From a virus, in IMG/VR virus record IMGVR_UViG_3300027759_000048: a stretch of DNA of 64,000 bases. The stretch is one strand, 5' to 3'. Under the pieces are notes generated by a model. It saw nothing but the letters and a program-made list of their open reading frames with translations. It ran no database searches and was not told the origin of the DNA. Below, piece after piece: positions 44,901-57,800 of this stretch (the stretch's first letter is position 1; every line of letters begins with the position of its first letter). The position numbers were made by a program, and so were the translations under genes.

Positions 44901-47900
44901 GATTTACTATGCGTGACATTGGTACATTGAAACAGCGTATCGTCAATCTAGAATACTACACAGCATTGTCCGTTCTAGAAAAGGCTGCTTCTGATCTACT
45001 CATCTTAGATGGTGATGGTCTTGATCGTTTCAAGAATGGTATCTTTACCGATTCATTCCGTGATCAGTCATTAGCAGCAACATACAACAACGATCATCAT
45101 ATCTGTGTCGATCCTGATGAAAAAGTTCTTCGTCCACTATACACCATGGACTCATTTGGTTATGATTATGTTAGTGGAACAAACGTTGTAAAGAATGATG
45201 ATCTTGTTACACTAAACTATTCAGAAGAATTATTGTGGAATCAGTCATGGGTTACATCTGACAGAAACATCGAACGCCGTGACTGGTTGTTCGTTGGTCA
45301 GGTTAGATTGTTCCCTGAGCAAGACGTTTGGGTTGACGTTTCTACCGCTCCTGACGAACAAATTAATCTTGGCACATGGACACAGACAAACGTTCTAACC
45401 AATCAGTCAGTATTGACAAGCACCGAATGGAATGCTTGGAAAAAGTATGTTGTTGGTTATCGTGTCTATACAGGCAACGGCTCAAATAGAAATGCGTATA
45501 ACTATGGCAATCTCTATAGAACATACGATGAAGCAAGAGATGTTGCTAACTCACTAAATCCACCAGGTAACGGTCGTGGTGTTTCTGTTGAGACAGTTTA
45601 CAACAATGTTCGTACCGGTACAGAGCATTGGGTTTCTGATGTTACTCAGACAGCGGAAAGCGGATATAAGATTATCAATACTGAATCAATTCCTTATATT
45701 CGTCCTCAGGTAATCACTGTTGCTTGTACCTCAATGAAGCCATTCACAAGAGTTTGGACATTCTTTGATAACGAGCCAATGGCATCATATACACGTCCAA
45801 TCTCCAACACACAATATACAGCTATTACTGATGGTGTTGAAAATTCACCAGCCGAAGATTTGTTGATCCAGGGTGGTCCGGCGGAAGGCTCAGAACTTGT
45901 TACTGATGCTAATGGTACACTATACTTCCAAATGCGTCTACCTAATGAGAAGAGATTCCGTTGTGGTAGCCGTGCGCTTGTAGTTGCTGATACATTTATT
46001 CCTGTAAATGAAGCGTCTGTTTCACCACTCGGAGCAAGTGACGATCTATCAACTGGTGGTAGAGCATTCTTCTATGCTTCTGGTACCGCAGTAACAAAAC
46101 AAAGAACAATTTACTCTTCAAGACACGTTGATTATTACGACAAAGAACTTGAAGAAACATATAGTGACAGTGCCTTCCAAGACATTGCTGCTCCACCTCC
46201 ACCTCCACCAAGAGGTAAGCATTGTTCCGCTTACTCATTCTTGGCTCAGGCGCCAAATGGTGAAGAGGGTATGTTCCTAACAAGTGTTGATCTCTTTATT
46301 TCTCGTATCAGAGATAAAGGTATCTGGTTTGAAATTCGTGAAATGTCTGCTGGTGGAACTATTACAAGAAATCAAGTTCCATTCTCCGAAGTATGGTATG
46401 AGAATGTTGATGATATTCCGATATCCACAGATGGTAAGACAAATGCTCTAAACGTCAAGTTCAAAGCACCACTCTTCTTGTATCACAATACAATGTATGC
46501 GTTTATCATACATCCTATTGATAGTAACCCAGATACATACTTCTGGACTGCTAAGTTGGGTCAAGATGATCTCAACGGCAAAGGACAGTATAACAACCGT
46601 CGTAACACTGGGGCATTCTATCAGACAAACAATAACATCAACTGGGATATTATTGCTGACGTTGACTTGACCTGTAAGTTCTACAGAGCAAACTTCGTTA
46701 CTAATACAGAAGGCGAAGCTATTCTTGGTAATAAGCCAGTTGAAAATCTAATACTCAAGAGTAGATCAAAGAGCTTGAAACCAAGACAAGGTGATGTATT
46801 CACCACTGGTTCTAAACTAGTTCTTTCATCTAACGGAACAATTCAGACAACAGATATTCTAAAGGGTGTTACATCATTAGCTAACTCTTCCGTATCTGCT
46901 ATCAACGGTTCAACATATTCAATGTCTAACACTGGATATACTGTTGGTGAAACAATCAACGTCTTTGCTGCTAACAATGTCTATCGTGGCATTTCAGCAA
47001 ACGTTACCTCTGTTTCATACGGTCGTGGTGTTCTAAACTACTATGTTGATGGTCCGACAACAAACTCAGCCATCACATACAGCATAGCACAGCTAACAAA
47101 CTCTGATGGTAACTTCTCAGCTAATGACTATATCTTTAGTGTCGCCGCACCAGATTACAACGGTGTAATTGGTCAGATAAGAAACTACAGATATTCCGCA
47201 ATCTCATTTGAGCCTGCGACAATGAACTTCAAAGATACCGATCTAAAGTTTGCTATGCGTTCTTACTCAAATACAAGTGTAGAAGGTTCTTATGTTTCCG
47301 TTCAACCATCAGAAACATATTACTACGATGCCGAGCAAGCACTACACTCAAAGAGCAATGAAACATCGGCTCTAGGCGGTGCTCGTTCTAATCAAGTTAG
47401 AGCAACATTCCTAACTGGTAAGATTGGCGTTTCTCCTGTTCTTGATATGGGCAGAACACATTCAATCTACCTAGATAACATTATTAGTGCTAACTCTGGT
47501 GGCGAAACTGCTGCCTCTGGTGGTGAGCTAATAAATAGATACATCTCCAAGACTGTAACTCTAGCAGAGGGACAAGACGCAGAGGACATTCAAGTTGTTC
47601 TAACTGCTTATCGTCCACCTAATACAGACGTTAAAGTTTGGATCAAGATACTTCATCGTGAAGACTCAACATTGTTTGATAACGCACCATGGATTGAAAT
47701 GTCAAGATCATCAGCCGATGAGTATTCTTCACTAGCAAACAGAAACGACTACAAAGAATACACATATGGATTTGCTACAGCTAACTTGACAGGTCCTAAT
47801 GGCGAAGTTCGATATACTAATGCTGCTGGTATCACATTCACTGGCTACAAGTATTTCGCTATCAAGATTGGTCTTGTCAATACACTAAACAATACCGCTG

Positions 47901-47947
47901 TCTATCCACGTGTTGGTGATTTGAGAACAATCGCACTACAGATATAA
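41918..47947 (+). CDS. Large virion structural protein (VrlC-like/DUF4815)
   Basis: FNVTPYYDDY...YYRILFKPGYAVQARELTQIQ, APGADRLK, RFKNGIFTDSF, YPRVGDLRTIAL. Confidence 0.85.
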   Translation: MAYNRANNTLTTDFNVTPYYDDYTIDSNYYRILFKPGYAVQARELTQIQSSLQEQINRFGKHVFKEGSIVIPGGFTLETHGGANTGSGIRYVKIKDYDASNNDVTISDFVGVDVLGATSNITAAVVDVVSGTQSNSNTKTLYVKYKTTSSSNNIQKIFTAGETLSANVGGVTKTLVVLNTDPVANVGFGSRFKIDEGVFFAKNHFISFETQSVILDRYNPNPSCKVGFFVTEDIINASQDTSLLDPALEASNYAAPGADRLKLTPTLTVRPYDDPIGAPDFVELFSIENGVVKSYFERSQYNIIQDEMAKRLFDQSGDYVVRGMDVQIREHDDTGSNFGRYANGNNSLLFVGVSSGLGYVQGYEINNLDTAELQIEKGLATSQFREQIASATLGSYVTANSTVGSWVLDKATAVSLYDTPQRRISNNLWSGATSPSGRVIGTANVASFEYSTGTPGYDARYNIYLMDVNMLGSNSFANVRSVYYDGSASDGYADIVLDAGAAVLYEVPNSQLLYYVGDEYVKSVRDIDNPTINATTFYFNKTDSISPIAANGTFTYSIAGTGETFPYGSTTLSAAQESELRLTLDTSANITMTGTVNGTGGTSALSGVGTAFTRLNVGDKIEFVGNTRTYYISAITNDTSLTVVGGLPTGLSGNTFFKAYKTGDIIDLTGKGSAAGVSRTVVATPTSLTFDLKETFPTTLNATLTYKLARTAAKEIEKLKRASRYVRINCNTNARGTTGPYDLGFSDVYQVKSIRLGTGGTYPTSNTAGTDVTTLFKFDNGQRDSYYDHGTITPTGIGLSATDRLLVELDYFEPNFTSRAGYFSIDSYPIEDNDALYDSSVDIRTENVSIYKSPVNGKEYNLRNYLDFRPVKTNSADGTSPTGTTPATATENPARSFAYQNSTNGLRIPASSSQIIYDYTTYMGRKDLLVVDKDKRFQVITGIPSNFPITPEAIPGTMTIAVLNIVPYPSLSPAYASSINRYDLATSTKKMSNARFTMRDIGTLKQRIVNLEYYTALSVLEKAASDLLILDGDGLDRFKNGIFTDSFRDQSLAATYNNDHHICVDPDEKVLRPLYTMDSFGYDYVSGTNVVKNDDLVTLNYSEELLWNQSWVTSDRNIERRDWLFVGQVRLFPEQDVWVDVSTAPDEQINLGTWTQTNVLTNQSVLTSTEWNAWKKYVVGYRVYTGNGSNRNAYNYGNLYRTYDEARDVANSLNPPGNGRGVSVETVYNNVRTGTEHWVSDVTQTAESGYKIINTESIPYIRPQVITVACTSMKPFTRVWTFFDNEPMASYTRPISNTQYTAITDGVENSPAEDLLIQGGPAEGSELVTDANGTLYFQMRLPNEKRFRCGSRALVVADTFIPVNEASVSPLGASDDLSTGGRAFFYASGTAVTKQRTIYSSRHVDYYDKELEETYSDSAFQDIAAPPPPPPRGKHCSAYSFLAQAPNGEEGMFLTSVDLFISRIRDKGIWFEIREMSAGGTITRNQVPFSEVWYENVDDIPISTDGKTNALNVKFKAPLFLYHNTMYAFIIHPIDSNPDTYFWTAKLGQDDLNGKGQYNNRRNTGAFYQTNNNINWDIIADVDLTCKFYRANFVTNTEGEAILGNKPVENLILKSRSKSLKPRQGDVFTTGSKLVLSSNGTIQTTDILKGVTSLANSSVSAINGSTYSMSNTGYTVGETINVFAANNVYRGISANVTSVSYGRGVLNYYVDGPTTNSAITYSIAQLTNSDGNFSANDYIFSVAAPDYNGVIGQIRNYRYSAISFEPATMNFKDTDLKFAMRSYSNTSVEGSYVSVQPSETYYYDAEQALHSKSNETSALGGARSNQVRATFLTGKIGVSPVLDMGRTHSIYLDNIISANSGGETAASGGELINRYISKTVTLAEGQDAEDIQVVLTAYRPPNTDVKVWIKILHREDSTLFDNAPWIEMSRSSADEYSSLANRNDYKEYTYGFATANLTGPNGEVRYTNAAGITFTGYKYFAIKIGLVNTLNNTAVYPRVGDLRTIALQI

Positions 47948-47955
47948 GGTGATGA

Positions 47956-48747
47956 ATGGAAATTGAATTTGATCTACAGAATGATTTTAGAGAAATACAC
48001 GAATACGATTTTGGCAATGGACCAGTACCAGCACACCAACACCCACGTGGAGGTGGCTGGGTAGCAAACACAGCAAAGGTAGATGATACCTGCTTTGTTG
48101 GTCCATATGCCAGAGTTTTTGAGAATGCCTTTGTTACTGATGCTGCTATCATCAACGATGGTGCTAGTGTATTTGGAAATGCTTCTGTAACCAATCGTGC
48201 CAAAGTCTATGGTGATGCTATGATATTTGATCACGCATCTATTAGAGACAACGCTAGAGTAAGTGGTTTCAGTAAAGTGTTTGGTAACGCTAGAGTTATG
48301 GATAACGCACAAGTCTATGAAAATGCGGAAATCTATGATAATGCTATTATTTGTAACAATGCTGAGGTGTATGATAATAGCAAAGTTTATCGCAATGGAA
48401 TAGTATATGAATGTATCAAGCTATACGGTCATACTATTGTAACGAAGAAACCGCTTTTAGGATTAGGCTTTGATTATCCTGTGACCCTCACTGATCATCA
48501 CGTATTGCTTGGCTGTACCGTTGTTCCGCCAACCATACTAAAGAAGCTCGGTAGACGAATTATTACAATGGTTGGTTACGATAAAGAGCAAGCAGAGTTG
48601 TGGCTAAGTATAGTTGATAAGTTGATAGAGGTTCACGGCTGTACCGATATCGAATCGGAATTGACACCTGAGACAGAAAGAAACGTTATTCTCAATCTCA
48701 TAACAGAAAGAAATGCAGGAAGTGACAGAGACATTAGGACCCGATAG
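47956..48747 (+). CDS. Hexapeptide-repeat (left-handed beta-helix) protein
   Basis: Repeats of A(R/K/S/E)V(Y/F)(G/D/E)N; HPRGGGWVA. Confidence 0.8.
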   Translation: MEIEFDLQNDFREIHEYDFGNGPVPAHQHPRGGGWVANTAKVDDTCFVGPYARVFENAFVTDAAIINDGASVFGNASVTNRAKVYGDAMIFDHASIRDNARVSGFSKVFGNARVMDNAQVYENAEIYDNAIICNNAEVYDNSKVYRNGIVYECIKLYGHTIVTKKPLLGLGFDYPVTLTDHHVLLGCTVVPPTILKKLGRRIITMVGYDKEQAELWLSIVDKLIEVHGCTDIESELTPETERNVILNLITERNAGSDRDIRTR

Positions 48748-48940
48748 AAGAACCGACAAGCCAGGTATCTATAGAACCGCTGAGGGATTTCTTATAAATA
48801 AGGATAATGAAGCATTAGCCGCTTATAAGAAACGTAAAAGAAGAGAACAAGCGGTTGACAGAATACAAAATCAAATTGACGAGTTACGAACCGATATCAA
48901 CGAGATCAAAGACTTACTAAAAGGACTAGCGAGAAGATAA
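48713..48940 (+). CDS. Small coiled-coil protein
   Basis: LINKD...YK.R...IDELRTDINEIKDLL. Confidence 0.7.
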   Translation: MQEVTETLGPDRRTDKPGIYRTAEGFLINKDNEALAAYKKRKRREQAVDRIQNQIDELRTDINEIKDLLKGLARR

Positions 48941-48941
48941 A

Positions 48942-49784
48942 ATGGCAATAGCAAACGTCGCACTCACAGATACATTTGATTACTGGCGAACAACAACTAA
49001 CCAGATAATTACTGTTCTTAATGGTAAGCTAGTTTATTGTAACACCACTAATGCCAATACCGTATCTATTCCTACAAGTATCTCTGGATCAAGTAATCTA
49101 TACGTCAATATCATTACATCAACCTCATTGAATGATTCCGCAACAGCAAATGTTGCTTCCGCATTTACAGCTAACACATTACAAGGACTTGCTATTTCAT
49201 ATGCTGCGGCAGCTAATAGCAATGCTCAATTCTCTGTTACCGCTGCTAACAACTATGCTTCCATTCTAGCTGCTAACAATGCTGTCGGCGCTAACGCATG
49301 GGCAAACACTCTAGCATTCTCTACAGGTGTAACAGCAACAGGTTGGGCTAATAACGTTGGAGCCGCTGGTAACAGCTATACAAATTACGTTGGAACATCA
49401 GCTAACAGCTTTGCTAATATCACATATGCTCCTAAGATCAGTCCTACATTCACAGGAACAGTCACAATCAATGCCAATATTGCTAATCAAATATTGACAG
49501 ATGGTGCTACAATCAACTGGGACACATCTCTCGGTTCAGTTGCTACAGTCACACTTGGTGGCAATAGAGCAATCGCTGCCCCAACAAATCTAAAGATCGG
49601 TTCATACATTCTTCATATTATACAAGATGGCTCTGGTAACAGAACCGTTACATGGAATTCAGTATTCAAGTGGCCTGCTGGTGTTGCGCCAGTATTGACT
49701 ACAACTGCTAATCGTCGTGATCTATTCTCATTCGTCTGTGATGGAACAAATCTATACGGTTCTTATCTACCTGACGTGAGGTAA
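48942..49784 (+). CDS. Short tail fibre-like protein
   Basis: TDTFDYWRTTTN N-terminus; AN-rich helix; LTDGATINWD...QDGSGNRTVTW..FKWPAG C-domain. Confidence 0.7.
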   Translation: MAIANVALTDTFDYWRTTTNQIITVLNGKLVYCNTTNANTVSIPTSISGSSNLYVNIITSTSLNDSATANVASAFTANTLQGLAISYAAAANSNAQFSVTAANNYASILAANNAVGANAWANTLAFSTGVTATGWANNVGAAGNSYTNYVGTSANSFANITYAPKISPTFTGTVTINANIANQILTDGATINWDTSLGSVATVTLGGNRAIAAPTNLKIGSYILHIIQDGSGNRTVTWNSVFKWPAGVAPVLTTTANRRDLFSFVCDGTNLYGSYLPDVR

Positions 49785-49787
49785 TTA

Positions 49788-50912
<1,125 letters not shown>

Positions 50913-50922
50913 GAGGAAAGAA

Positions 50923-51450
50923 ATGAACATTCATTACCGAATAATCAAGGTTGATCCAGCGGCACATGGAATAGTCGTTCGTTACTTTACCGACAAAGTA
51001 ACTGAAACCGATCTTGCTAATTCACTCAATCCCGACGGATCAGTGATACTAAACGCTGATGGATATCCAGTATCTACAAGAACAGATGTTATGATGAGTA
51101 TTTTTGATACACCTGCTCCAAGCAACGAGGAAATTGAAAAGCGCATTTTGATGAATGCTCCTGTCGATTGGTTGAAGTTGCAGGAAGATATCAAAGATCC
51201 TGGTGTTGATACTAAGATGATGGATATTAGAAATCTAACAGGTGAAAGTAAATCAGTCACCTTGGATGAATTGAAAGAAATGAGACAGATTATTGTCAAA
51301 CAAGAAAGAGATGAGCGTAGCGTCGAGAATGCATATGCTACTGTCACTAATCTGTTGGATTCATTGAAAGTCATAGCTGCTGAAGATCCTCATTCTATAA
51401 AAGGATTCTATGATACTTTAGAAGAGATTAAAAAGATCGCCGAAAGCTAA
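50923..51450 (+). CDS. Hypothetical protein (possible fibre assembly factor)
   Basis: SD GAGGA; follows the adhesin. Confidence 0.6.
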   Translation: MNIHYRIIKVDPAAHGIVVRYFTDKVTETDLANSLNPDGSVILNADGYPVSTRTDVMMSIFDTPAPSNEEIEKRILMNAPVDWLKLQEDIKDPGVDTKMMDIRNLTGESKSVTLDELKEMRQIIVKQERDERSVENAYATVTNLLDSLKVIAAEDPHSIKGFYDTLEEIKKIAES

Positions 51451-51507
51451 TACCTATTCTTTCTGGGAGTGATAAACATATAGTCATTGGGTCCTAGGAC
51501 AGATAAA

Positions 51508-51515
51508 TATAAATA
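51508..51515 (+). promoter_or_regulatory. T4 consensus late promoter TATAAATA
   Basis: Exact consensus in intergenic DNA upstream of the fibre operon. Confidence 0.8.
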
Positions 51516-51540
51516 GTAGGAACTATAAGAAAGAGACCCA

Positions 51541-51882
51541 ATGGCAGAATATGTAGAACTTTACATAGATCAAGGAAGCGACTTTTCTACCACAGTCAAT
51601 CTAAATGATGATAACACAAATCTTCCTCAAAACGTCTATGGTTATGTAGTAACCAGTTCCCTTAGAAGATCATTGCTGTCACCTAATACGTCAGCAAATC
51701 TTACCTGCACTGTCTATGACGCATCAAACGGTGAATTTCTTATCACAATGACTGCTGGTCAAACGGCTAACCTACGATCAGGTTCATATCTTTTTGATGT
51801 AAAAGTTCGTGATACACTATCATCGACAACATCTAGATTAATTGAAGGTGTGATATTTGTAGCACCCTCTATTACCAGGTAG
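51541..51882 (+). CDS. Virion adaptor-like protein
   Basis: LYIDQGSDF...GSYLFDV...RLIEG.I.V.PSITR. Confidence 0.7.
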   Translation: MAEYVELYIDQGSDFSTTVNLNDDNTNLPQNVYGYVVTSSLRRSLLSPNTSANLTCTVYDASNGEFLITMTAGQTANLRSGSYLFDVKVRDTLSSTTSRLIEGVIFVAPSITR

Positions 51883-51885
51883 CGC

Positions 51886-54800
51886 ATGTCAATCAAGATC
51901 ACAACCGGCGGTGGTGACAAGCTAAATGTCACAACCACACCTAAGAATAGAATTACATTAACAACTGGCGGTGGCGGCTCAATGGCCGGTGCGGCTCTTA
52001 TCACTGATCTTCCTCCAATTTGGTACCATGCCAACGGTGCTGCTAACGTAGCAAACTATGCCTACGCTTCATCTAATTCTAATTGGGTTGTTCAAAATCT
52101 AATCTATAGCACAGTTAATGTCAGCTATACAATGGGCAATGCTGCCTATGTTTGCTTGAATGCTGCTTATGGTACTGTCAATGCTGTCTATGCTTCATCT
52201 AATTCCAATTGGCAAGTTCAAAATGTAGTTTACTCTACTGTAAATGCTAACTACGTTATGGCTAATGCGAGTTATGTTGCGCTCAACACGGCATATGATA
52301 CCGTCAACGCCGTATATGCTTCAGGAAACTCTAACTGGGTTGTCCAGAATGCTCTTTATACATTAGCTAATACCATCTATGACTCTTCTGTTTCTAACTG
52401 GACAGTTCAGAATGCAATATATTCAACAGCAAATGCTGCCTATGTTATGGGTAATGCAGCGTATGCCACGATTAATGCTAACTACGCTTCATCTAATTCT
52501 AATTGGGTCGTTCAAAACGCATTATATTCTACCACCAATTCTAACTATGTTATGGGCAATGCCGCATATGCTACTATCAATGCGGTGTATGCTTCATCAA
52601 ACTCAAACTGGACAGTCCAGAACGCAGTATTTGGATTAGCAAACACAATATACGCATCATCCAACTCCAATTGGACTGTGCAGAATGCTCTATTCACACT
52701 AGCAAACACAATCTATGCTTCATCTAATTCAAACTGGACAGTCCAGAACTTAGTATATGCCACAGTCAATGCCAACTATGTCATGGCAAATGCTGGCTAT
52801 ACCACACTAAATGCTGCTTATGACACAGTTAATGCCGTTTACGCATCATCTAACTCTAATTGGACAGTTCAAAACCTAGTTTATGCTACCGTAAATGCTA
52901 ATTATGTTATGGGTAATGCTTCTTACGAGGCACTAAATGCTGCTTATGATACAGTTAATGCCACTTATGCTTCTAGCAACTCTAACTGGGTCGTTCAAAA
53001 CGCTCTTTACGATCTAACAAATACTGTTTATGCTTCATCTAATTCCAATTGGGTTGTCCAAAATGCTGTTTATGACCTTACCAATACCATTTACGCATCA
53101 TCTAACTCTAACTGGGTTGTTCAAAATCTAGTTTACGCTACAGTCAATGCTGCTTATACACTAGCCAATGCTGCTTATTCTAATGCTAACTCACTAGCAA
53201 TTGCTGCTAATGCTTGGTCCAATCATGTTGGTCTATCTGCCAATAGCTATGCTGGCTTTATGGCCAATAGCTCTAACATCTATACCGAAGCAACCTATGT
53301 AAAACTAATCGCACCGTCACAATTGATTGATGGCGACATTGGTATCACTGGTAATCTTACAATCTCAGGTGCTGTAACATACGCCAATACAAGACAGCTA
53401 CAAGTCGGCGATAATATCATCACATTGAATGCTGATTTGCCAATGGATGTGATGGCAATTGATAATGCTGGTCTTGAAGTCAATAGAGGCAATCACAACT
53501 CTAATGCCGCTCTATTGTGGATGGAAGTTGATGGTAAGTGGGCAATCACAGGTAACGTTTCACAAACAATCAATACCTTCATATCATCAAACACTGATCT
53601 CGGTAAAGTATTAGATACAGTCAACGCTAATTATGCCTCTGCCAATTCTAACTGGACTGTCCAGAACTTAGTATATGCCACAGTAAACGCAAACTACGTT
53701 ATGTCTAATGCTGCTTATGTAGCATTGAACTCAGCCTATGATACAGTCAACGCCAATTACGCATCATCAAATTCAAACTGGGTTGTTCAAAATCTAGTAT
53801 ATGCTACTGTTAATGCTTCATACGTTATGGGTAATGCTTCTTATGAGGCACTTAATGCTGCTTACGGAACAGTCAATGCTGTATATGCTTCATCTAATTC
53901 CAACTGGACAGTTCAAAATCTAGTATATGCTACTGTTAATGCCAACTATGTCATGGCAAACGCAGGATACAATACACTCAATGCTGCCTACGATACTGTC
54001 AATGTCACTTATGCTTCTGCCAATTCAAACTGGCAGGTACAGAATGCTATCTACGATTTAACTAACACAGTTTACGCATCAAGCAACTCTAATTGGGTTG
54101 TCCAGAATGCTGTCTATGATTTAGCTAATACAATCTACGCTTCTAGCAATTCCAACTGGACAGTTCAGAACCTAGTTTACGCTACTGTAAATGCCAACTA
54201 TGTTATGGCAAATGCCAACTATGATCTAACGAATGCTGCTTACGCTTCTGGTAATTCCAACTGGCAAGTTCAAAATGCTCTATACGATCTTACCAATACT
54301 GTATATGCTTCTTCCAACTCTAACTGGGTTGTCCAGAATGCTATCTACGATTTAACAAATACAGTTTACGCTTCGTCTAATTCCAATTGGACTGTTCAGA
54401 ATCTCGTATATGCGACAGTAAATGCTTCTTACACACTAGCGAATGCTGCTTATGCTAATGCTAATGCTGTGTCTATTGGAGCAAACACATGGGCTAATAC
54501 AGTCGGTTTATCAGCCAATAGCTATGCTGGCTTTATGGTCAATAGCTCCAATTCATATGCTGATGCAACATATCTAAAACTAACATCACCGTCACAGACA
54601 ATCACTGGTGATCTGTCTATCACTGGTAACGTTTTCTTACTTGGCAATGCAACATCTATTGCTGCTAACAACGTTGTTATCAACGATCCAGTAATCTATC
54701 TTGCTGCTAACAATGATCAAGGCGATGTTTTAGATATTGGTTTTATTGGTAACTATAGCAACGGAACAGCAAATCTTCATACTGGTCTTTATAGAGATCA

Positions 54801-57800
54801 TGCTAATAAGCAGTATTACCTCTTTGTTGAACATGCCGGTCCAGATCCATCAACAACAAACGAACTTATTCCATATGCAAATGGAATGATCAATGCGGTT
54901 CTCAACACTGATCTAATCACAAGCAACATCTATCTTGGCGGCGCTAACGCTATTCATACAATTACTGGCGCCTTTGATAAAGCAAATGCTGCTTATAACA
55001 ATGCTAATGTTGGATTTGCTGCGGCTAATGCTTACTCAAATGCTACTGGTACTGCTGGTAACAACTATGCCTCTATTCTAGCAGCAAACAACGCAGTTGG
55101 AGCTAACAACTGGGCTAATACAGTCGGTATTGCTGGTAATAACTACACCGATCACGTCGGTCTATCTGTCAATATCTATACATCAATACTAGCTGCCAAT
55201 AATGCTGTCGGTGCTAATGCTTGGGCAAATACAGTAGGAACTGCTGGAAACAACTACACAGACCACGTTACTCTTTCTGGTAATACCTACGCTTCTATAC
55301 TAGCTGCTAACAATGCTATTGGTGCTAACAACTGGGCTAACACTGTAGGCACAGCAGGTAATAATTATACTAACTATGTCGGCGCTTCAGCTAACAGCTA
55401 TGCTACTGCGACATACGCTACACTATCAAACGTAGCACAGGTATACCAGACAACAAACATTTCGTTTGATACTGCTAACGCTGCTTATGCCGCTGCTAAC
55501 AATGTGGCTCCACAGGTTACACCATCATACAATACTGCTAACAATGCTTATCTAACAGCAAACGCAGCATTTGGTCATTCCAATCTTACCTATGATGCTG
55601 TCAATTCTGTATTCACTGTAGCCAACGCTGCTTATAACAGTGCTAATGTGGGTCTTGCTTCAGCTAATGCTTGGACAAACACAGTTGGAGCATCTGCTAA
55701 TTCTTATGCTCTTACTACAGCAACCAATATTGGAACTGCTGGTAATAACTATACTAACTATGTTGGCGCATCTGCTAACGCATTCGCTGATGCCACATAC
55801 TATAAGAAGACTGGTGGATTGATCTCTGGTGATGTAGGTATCACTGGTAATCTAACAATCTCTGGCACAACAACATATGCTAACACTCAGCAACTACAGA
55901 TTGGGGATAATATCCTTACTCTTAATGCTGATTTACCAATGTCAGTTATGCCAATTGACAATGCTGGTCTTGAAGTCAATCGTGGTAATCTAAGTTCCAA
56001 TGCTGCTTTACTCTGGATTGAAACCGCTGGACAGTGGAGTATTTCAGGTAATATAGCACAAACAGTTACCACATACATTGCTTCCAATACACTAGTTGAA
56101 CAATATGCCTCTGCTGGTAATGCTTATACACAGCAAGTAGGAGCCGCTGGTAATAACTATACTAACTATGTTGGTGCTTCTGTCAATGCTTATGCTACCG
56201 CTACCTATGCGACACAATCAAATGTTGCTATCATATACAACACATCTAACGTAGCATTTGATACAGCTAACGCCGCTTATGCTTCTGCCAATAACGTAGC
56301 ACCTCAAGTAGAGCCAGCTTTTAGAACTGCTAACAATGCTTATCTAACTGCTAATGCTGCCTTTGCTAAAGCAAACGTTGGTGGAGCTAATGTTGCTTCT
56401 ACACCGCCAACAAGTCCTACAAATGGACAGCTATGGTGGGATACTGTTACTGGTAGATTGTTTATCTATTATAATGATGGTAATACCTCACAGTGGGTAG
56501 AAACAACACCTACACCAGAAATTGATACTGGATATTATCATCTAACAAATGTAGCATTCAATACTGTAAATGTTGCTTATGCTTCTATCAATTCCAATTG
56601 GACAGTAACAAACACTGTTTATGATGTTGCCAATGCCGCATTTGCTTCAGCTAACAATGTTGCTCCTCAGATTCACCCAAGTTATACAACAGCAAATCTA
56701 GCATTCTTTAATAGTAATGCGGCATTCAGACACGCCAACGCAGCATTTGATTCAGCTAACAATGTAGCGCCGCAAGTAACACCTAGCTATAACACAGCTA
56801 ACAATGCTTACAATACTGCCAATGCAGCTTTTGATAAAGCAAACAATGCTCTTGCTAATACAACTGGTGTTACATTTGCCGGCAATCTAAAGTTCTCTGG
56901 TTCAGCAACCGCTAACAATGGATTCTTTTCATTACACGATTACAGAGGTTCATTCTCTGATGGTATCGTAGTTGATTATGTAAACGGTAGAGGTCGTATC
57001 AGTGTCGGTGCTAACGATGCTATGACATTCTACAATGGTGGTGTTGGAACTATACCAATTCTAACATTGTCACAGTATGGCTTCATTGGAATTGGTAATA
57101 CAAATCCAACTTATCCAGTTACCATATCTGGAAACGGCGCACCGATAACCACACTTGCTGGTGCCATCTTCAGTGCAGAGAGTTCAGAAAACGGACCAGT
57201 TCAGCTAAACATTCGCAATGCTGGCACAAGTCCTGCATCATCTGGTGACCTTGTTGTTACCGCTGATGATGGTAATGATGTCAGCAACTTTATCAATTTT
57301 GGTATCAACGGTTCTAACTATGCACAACCTGGTTGGACAATCAATGGTGCAAGAGACGGTTATCTCTATACATCAAATAGCAATCTAGCAATTGGTACTG
57401 CTAACTCAACTGCTCTTAAATCACTATCATTCTTCGTCGGTGGCACACTTGCTGGTAATGAAGTATTACGCATTCAAGATAGTGCAAGCGGTGCCAATAT
57501 CGGTGTCGGTAGAACTGATCCAAATTATAAACTTGATATTGTTGGAACAGTTAATGCTTCTAACATTCTCATCAATGGCGTTCCAATTGGCACAGCTTCG
57601 GTTAAGGTTCAGAACACCGCACCAATTCTTCCTGCTGGCGGTAATCTGTGGTGGGATAATGATTCAGGTAAACTTTATATCTACTACATTGATCAAGATT
57701 CGGCGCAATGGGTTGAGGCTGCTCCAGAAGCACCTGGTATTGATCTTAGTATTCTAATACCAACTAATCAGTTGGCCAACGCAGCTTATAATACTGCTAA

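Noticed and set aside
52030-54480. Possible CRISPR array or DGR repeat
   Set aside because: Repeats are in-frame and degenerate at third codon positions, with no identical repeat/unique spacer pattern; no reverse transcriptase or adenine-specific TR/VR pair seen
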